In this document: piece by piece, positions 59,734 through 64,000 of the stretch | How the letters are laid out: each line of letters starts with the position of its first letter | How positions within the stretch are numbered: position 1 is the stretch's first letter | DNA from: an uncultured Phycisphaerales bacterium | Lineage (GTDB): Bacteria; Planctomycetota; Phycisphaerae; Sedimentisphaerales; Anaerobacaceae | Reading direction: 5' to 3' | NCBI GenBank assembly: GCA_963718665.1 | Contig: OY970359.1 | Location: 1,184,001 to 1,248,000 of the forward strand | Length of the DNA: 64,000 nt | Position numbers and translations under genes: made by a program | Notes under the pieces: generated by a model | Told to the model about the DNA's origin: nothing | The model's input: only the letters and a program-made list of their open reading frames with translations | Database searches by the model: none

Positions 59734-60584
59734 GCGGCTCTCCTGATAAAGTAATCATACTCGGCGGCAGGGGAATGTTGGGCACAGACGTCGCCGCGGA
59801 GTGCAAAAGCCGGGGTATCGACTACGAGGTGTTCGACCTGCCTGAATTCGATATAACCAACGAACATCAGTTATTGAGCGTAATTCATCCGGCGAAAACG
59901 ATAGTCAATTGCGCGGCTTACACCAATGTTGAAAAGGCCGAGACCGAAACTGAGCTTGCGTTTCGCGTCAACGCCGAGGCCATAAAAATGCTTGCCGTAT
60001 CCGCGAGGAAATCGGGGGCGTGGGTTCTGCATATAAGCACCGATTTTGTTTTCGACGGTGCCTCCGATAAACCATATACCGAAAAAGACATTCCGCACCC
60101 CATCAACGCTTACGGCAGAACCAAGCTTGTGGGCGAGCGTCTGCTGGTTGAAAACCACTGCCATTACTGTATCATGCGGGTCGAGTGGACTTACGGGCGC
60201 AACGGCGATAATTTCATAAAGAAAATCATTCAAAAGGCACAGACACAAAAAGAAATGAAGGTTGTCGATGACCAGGTCGGCTCGCCTACCGCGACAACCG
60301 AGGCCGCTGGGGCCATTTGTGACCTCATCAGCAAAAAGCCGACGGGCATATACCATTTCGCGAACCAGAGATACGCCAGCCGACTTGAAGTCGCCCGGTT
60401 TATCGCAGAAAAGCTGAATCTCGGCGTTAAACTGACCCCCTGCAAAACCAGTGATTTCCCTTCCGCGGCGGCCAGGCCGTTAAACAGCAGATTCGATTGC
60501 AGCAAAATAAGGCCCCTGCTCAGCAGCCCGATTAAACCCTGGCAGGGACCTCTGGAGGAATTCCTTAAACAGGCCCGGTCCTGA
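59730..60584 (+). CDS. rfbD: dTDP-4-dehydrorhamnose reductase
   Basis: GGRGMLG, NCAAYT.V..AE, HISTDFVFDG, YGRTK, DQVGSPT. Confidence 0.96.
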   Translation: MSGSPDKVIILGGRGMLGTDVAAECKSRGIDYEVFDLPEFDITNEHQLLSVIHPAKTIVNCAAYTNVEKAETETELAFRVNAEAIKMLAVSARKSGAWVLHISTDFVFDGASDKPYTEKDIPHPINAYGRTKLVGERLLVENHCHYCIMRVEWTYGRNGDNFIKKIIQKAQTQKEMKVVDDQVGSPTATTEAAGAICDLISKKPTGIYHFANQRYASRLEVARFIAEKLNLGVKLTPCKTSDFPSAAARPLNSRFDCSKIRPLLSSPIKPWQGPLEEFLKQARS

Positions 60585-60599
60585 GCGGAGTCGAAGAAT

Positions 60600-61613
60600 A
60601 TGAGAAAATTACTCGTTACAGGCGGAGCCGGCTTTATCGGCAGTAATTTCGTGAGGATGATTCTTTCCGAACAACCGGATTGTTTCGTCGTCAATCTCGA
60701 CAAGCTGACTTACGCGGGCAATCTTGAAAATCTCGCCGGTTTTGAAAATCACAAAAATCATAAATTCATAAAAGGCGACATCTGCGACGCCAAACTGATT
60801 GAGCGTATCATCGACGAGTTTAAAATCGATTCGATTGTGAACTTCGCCGCCGAAAGCCACGTTGACCGTTCAATCAGCGAACCGAAAATTTTCATCGAAA
60901 CCAACGTTACGGGGACATTGACGCTTCTTGAGGCGGCAAGAGACAAGAAACTCCGGCAATTCGTCCAGATTTCGACCGACGAGGTTTATGGCGCCCTTGG
61001 GCGTGAAGGGATGTTTACAGAAGATACGCCGCTTAGCCCCAACTCGCCATATTCAGCCAGCAAGGCCTCGGCGGACCTTCTCGTTCGCGCATTCGGGCAT
61101 ACATTCGGCGTCCAATACAATATCACTCGCTGCTCGAACAACTATGGGCCTTATCAATTCCCGGAAAAGCTCATCCCGCTGATGATTAATAACGCGCTGA
61201 ACGACAAACAGCTTCCCGTTTACGGCGACGGAATGCAAATCCGCGACTGGCTTTATGTCTATGACCATTGCATCGCAATCTGGAAGGTCCTCACCGAGGC
61301 GGCGCCCGGCGAAATATACAACATCGGCGGCTGCAGCGAAAAAACCAACATTGATGTCGTCCGGCTGATACTTGGCCGCTTAGGCAAACCGGAATCACTA
61401 ATCAAACACGTTACCGACCGCCCCGGCCACGACAGACGATACGCCATCGACGCGTCAAAGATAATCAACAAGCTGAACTGGAGGCCATCGGTATCGTTTG
61501 AACAGGGCATCGTCAAGACGATTGACTGGTATCTGGCAAACCGCAAGTGGCTGGCCAACGTGGTTTCAGGCGATTACCAGAAGTATTACGATTCGATGTA
61601 TAAGAACAGGTGA
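60600..61613 (+). CDS. rfbB: dTDP-glucose 4,6-dehydratase
   Basis: DKLTYAGN, FAAESHVDRSI, STDEVYG, PYSASKA, DRPGHDRRYA. Confidence 0.98.
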   Translation: MRKLLVTGGAGFIGSNFVRMILSEQPDCFVVNLDKLTYAGNLENLAGFENHKNHKFIKGDICDAKLIERIIDEFKIDSIVNFAAESHVDRSISEPKIFIETNVTGTLTLLEAARDKKLRQFVQISTDEVYGALGREGMFTEDTPLSPNSPYSASKASADLLVRAFGHTFGVQYNITRCSNNYGPYQFPEKLIPLMINNALNDKQLPVYGDGMQIRDWLYVYDHCIAIWKVLTEAAPGEIYNIGGCSEKTNIDVVRLILGRLGKPESLIKHVTDRPGHDRRYAIDASKIINKLNWRPSVSFEQGIVKTIDWYLANRKWLANVVSGDYQKYYDSMYKNR

Positions 61614-61640
61614 TCGCTGCCGCAAAAGCTCGTCGCGAAA

Positions 61641-62483
61641 TTACTGGTCCAAGCTCGTATCTTCCATCAACTCTTTTGCCAGATTCGAATTGAAAAGCCG
61701 GCGAATTTTATGTTCCGCCTTTACCTGTGCCCGCAAGTGCCCCAGCCGTCGCTCAGCAGGTCGCAGACCAGCGGTCGCGTGCGCGAGGTGAACCATATAT
61801 TTCATCATCTCGGCGGTATCAATCACCGAGGCGTGATAGCCGTTTTCCTTGAGCTGGTAATACATCTGCTCCCCCGCCGTGTAACCACGATACTTACCCG
61901 CGGAATCAAAATGAAGTCCAAGTCGTCTTATTGGTTCAGAGCGATAAAGCGCACAGTAATCACGCGGGCATAACTCACGCGGCCGTTGTCTGGCTTTGGC
62001 GTCTCCCAGAAAAGTCCTTTTGAACCAGAGCTGTGCCTTTTTTGTATCGGTGATTTTTCTCAAAAACTCGTTCAGCGGGCTTCTTGCCTCAAGTTTCCAC
62101 GCCCCTGATGCTGCGCACTTGGGGTCATTATGCATCGGCTCAAGCATCCGCTCCAGCCACCCCGGATGTTTTACGATGGTGTCCGTGTGCATAATAATGA
62201 AATAGTCGCTGCGGCTGTTGGCGAAACCGATGTCAAGGGCCGAAACAAAACCGTCCACCCAAAACGCCGGAAGGTCCTGTTTGCGCCGTTCTATCAATCG
62301 TATCCATTTAAGCCCCCTCAGGTAATCCAGCGATTTATCCTCTGAGCCATTATCCACCACGATTACCTCAATCGGTATTTTGGTGGTAAACTTACGAATC
62401 GCCCGCAGGCAAAGCGTTATCAGCTCCTGCACCTGCCAGTGAGGCATACAAATTGTTACAAGCGGTTCTTTTTGCTGGGGCAT
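61641..62483 (-). CDS. Glycosyltransferase family 2
   Basis: VTICMP, EVIVVDNGS.D, MHTDT. Confidence 0.88.
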   Translation of the reverse strand: MPQQKEPLVTICMPHWQVQELITLCLRAIRKFTTKIPIEVIVVDNGSEDKSLDYLRGLKWIRLIERRKQDLPAFWVDGFVSALDIGFANSRSDYFIIMHTDTIVKHPGWLERMLEPMHNDPKCAASGAWKLEARSPLNEFLRKITDTKKAQLWFKRTFLGDAKARQRPRELCPRDYCALYRSEPIRRLGLHFDSAGKYRGYTAGEQMYYQLKENGYHASVIDTAEMMKYMVHLAHATAGLRPAERRLGHLRAQVKAEHKIRRLFNSNLAKELMEDTSLDQ

Positions 62484-62521
62484 TTGATTGTCCTTAGGTC
62501 AAATAATTTTTAAGTCCGGCC

Positions 62522-62586
62522 ATTGTAGGCAACAGCGGCAAAGCAGTCAATTCCCTATTGGTTTTTACCGGCGTGCAAGGTATAAT
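62522..62586. promoter_or_regulatory. Back-to-back promoters for the GT2 gene and the UDP-glucuronate decarboxylase
   Basis: Minus: TTGACT(62550-45)-17-TACAAT(62527-22); plus: TTGGTT(62558-63)-17-TATAAT(62581-86). Confidence 0.6.
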
Positions 62587-62635
62587 AACCGCCGGCCAAT
62601 TGTGGCTTCATAATAAATGTGTAGAAGGTCGAATA

Positions 62636-63646
62636 ATGAAACGGATTCTTGTTACAGGCGGCGCGGGTTTTCTCGGCTCGCATCTCTGCGAACGTCTTCT
62701 AAAGGCCGGCAACGACGTCCTCTGCGTTGACAACTACTTCACAGGAAGAAAAGACAACGTCGCCCATCTTATGGGCAATCCTCGTTTCGAAATTATGCGT
62801 CATGACGTAACTTTTCCGCTGTATGTCGAGGTAGATGAAATTTACAACCTCGCCTGCCCCGCCTCGCCCATTCATTACCAGTTCGACCCGGTCCAGACCA
62901 CAAAGACGAGCGTCCACGGCGCAATCAATATGTTAGGGCTTGCCAAACGCATCAAGGCCAAGATTTTTCAGGCCTCCACAAGCGAGGTCTATGGCGACCC
63001 CAATGTTCACCCGCAAACCGAATCATACTGGGGCCATACTAATCCCATAGGAATACGTTCCTGTTACGACGAGGGTAAACGCTGCGCCGAAACACTCTTT
63101 TTCGATTATTACCGGCAGCACAAGCTCCGCATAAAAGTCGCTCGCATTTTTAATACTTATGGCCCGCGGATGCACCCCAACGACGGCAGGGTTGTCTCGA
63201 ATTTCATAATACAGGCGCTCAAAAACGAACCGATAACCATTTACGGCGACGGCTCACAAACCCGCTCGTTCTGTTATGTTGACGACCTGATTGAGGCCTT
63301 TGTTCGCCTGATGGATACCCCCGATGATTTCACCGGCCCCGTCAATCTCGGCAATCCCACTGAAAACACCATCCTCGGACTGGCGCAGGCCGTTATCGAC
63401 CTCGTCGGCTCCCATTCCAAATTAGTGCGTAAGCCATTACCTTCCGACGACCCCAGACAACGGTGTCCCGATATAACGCTCGCAAAAAAGACCCTCGACT
63501 GGCAGCCCACAGTTCCTTTGCGGGAAGGTTTGAAAAAAACTATCGAATACTTTGACCGCCTTCTGAATAAAAAAGAATCACGTCCGCCACTGCCGATAAA
63601 ATCTGTTGCGCCAAAACATCGCAATATAGAGGCCAGGAAGCCGTGA
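62636..63646 (+). CDS. UDP-glucuronic acid decarboxylase (UDP-xylose synthase family)
   Basis: [47 protein letters not shown]. Confidence 0.95.
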   Translation: MKRILVTGGAGFLGSHLCERLLKAGNDVLCVDNYFTGRKDNVAHLMGNPRFEIMRHDVTFPLYVEVDEIYNLACPASPIHYQFDPVQTTKTSVHGAINMLGLAKRIKAKIFQASTSEVYGDPNVHPQTESYWGHTNPIGIRSCYDEGKRCAETLFFDYYRQHKLRIKVARIFNTYGPRMHPNDGRVVSNFIIQALKNEPITIYGDGSQTRSFCYVDDLIEAFVRLMDTPDDFTGPVNLGNPTENTILGLAQAVIDLVGSHSKLVRKPLPSDDPRQRCPDITLAKKTLDWQPTVPLREGLKKTIEYFDRLLNKKESRPPLPIKSVAPKHRNIEARKP

Positions 63647-63722
63647 ACGATTTGCATCGTTCCTCAGGAAAAGCCACGGCTGCAATCGAAAATTTGAACT
63701 CTCCCGGTAACAATATATTTCG

Positions 63723-63883
63723 ATTAAGAGAAATGTCGAAGATGTCACTAAACAGCACCTGTGCTTTTGCTGCGGCACCTGCGCGGCGGTATGTCCTGCA
63801 AACACCATAGTATGGTTGAAACCATCAACGGCCTGTTGATTCCCAAAGTCAATGACTCAACCTGCAACGGCTGTGGGTGCTGA
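63723..63883 (+). pseudogene. 4Fe-4S dicluster remnant (F420 hydrogenase beta-subunit-like N-terminus), frameshifted and truncated
   Basis: LCFCCGTCAAVCP, frameshift, then PKVNDSTCNGCGC*. Confidence 0.65.
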
Positions 63884-64000
63884 AATTATCTGGAAATGAA
63901 TTGCGTAAACTGTGCGAATTTGATAGAAACGCCAAAAACAGGTTCGGCAACGAGTTGTATCGTTTCACAAGAGGAATTTCGGGCTATGTTGAGGAAAATG

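Noticed and set aside
1..64000. CRISPR array, prophage, IS element, rRNA
   Set aside because: No regularly spaced repeats, cas, phage, transposase or rRNA signatures seen
63884..64000. Open frames running off the window end
   Set aside because: Too short to assign and no recognisable motif

Overview
Bacterial chromosomal window, most consistent with a Planctomycetota (Phycisphaerae/Sedimentisphaerales-like) genome; this is inferred from a zinc-ribbon SpoVG, a TIGR03790-like protein and D-x-N-rich exported proteins. About 2-27 kb is a large, partly decayed exopolysaccharide/surface-glycan locus: epimerase, Wzx, Wzy-like protein, GT4s, acetyltransferases/GNATs, deacetylases, PglC- and WecA-like initiators, plus a PLP-decarboxylase/FkbH/ACP/ATP-grasp tailoring module and several deletion scars. 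About 27-58 kb is mostly housekeeping: nadE, tRNA-Ser(CGA), hisA, spoVG, ispE, aconitase, hisD, alaS, recA, thpR, gltX, thrS-infC-rpmI-rplT-pheS. It is followed by rfbACDB and a UDP-glucuronate decarboxylase. The most notable signals are: (1) an 11-6-11 dif/Xer-like site at 37333-37360 that sits on a G/C-skew flip, with the skew apparently reversed only within about 17 kb either side; (2) an XRE-HTH-like insertion inside GluRS; (3) an ACP-tethered glycan-acylation module resembling butirosin BtrI/J/K; (4) a switchable RNA leader before rpmI-rplT; (5) dense D/E-x-N motifs in exported proteins. Several small frameshifts (wzx, thrS, one deacetylase) look like assembly errors. All calls are by eye, with no database searches.
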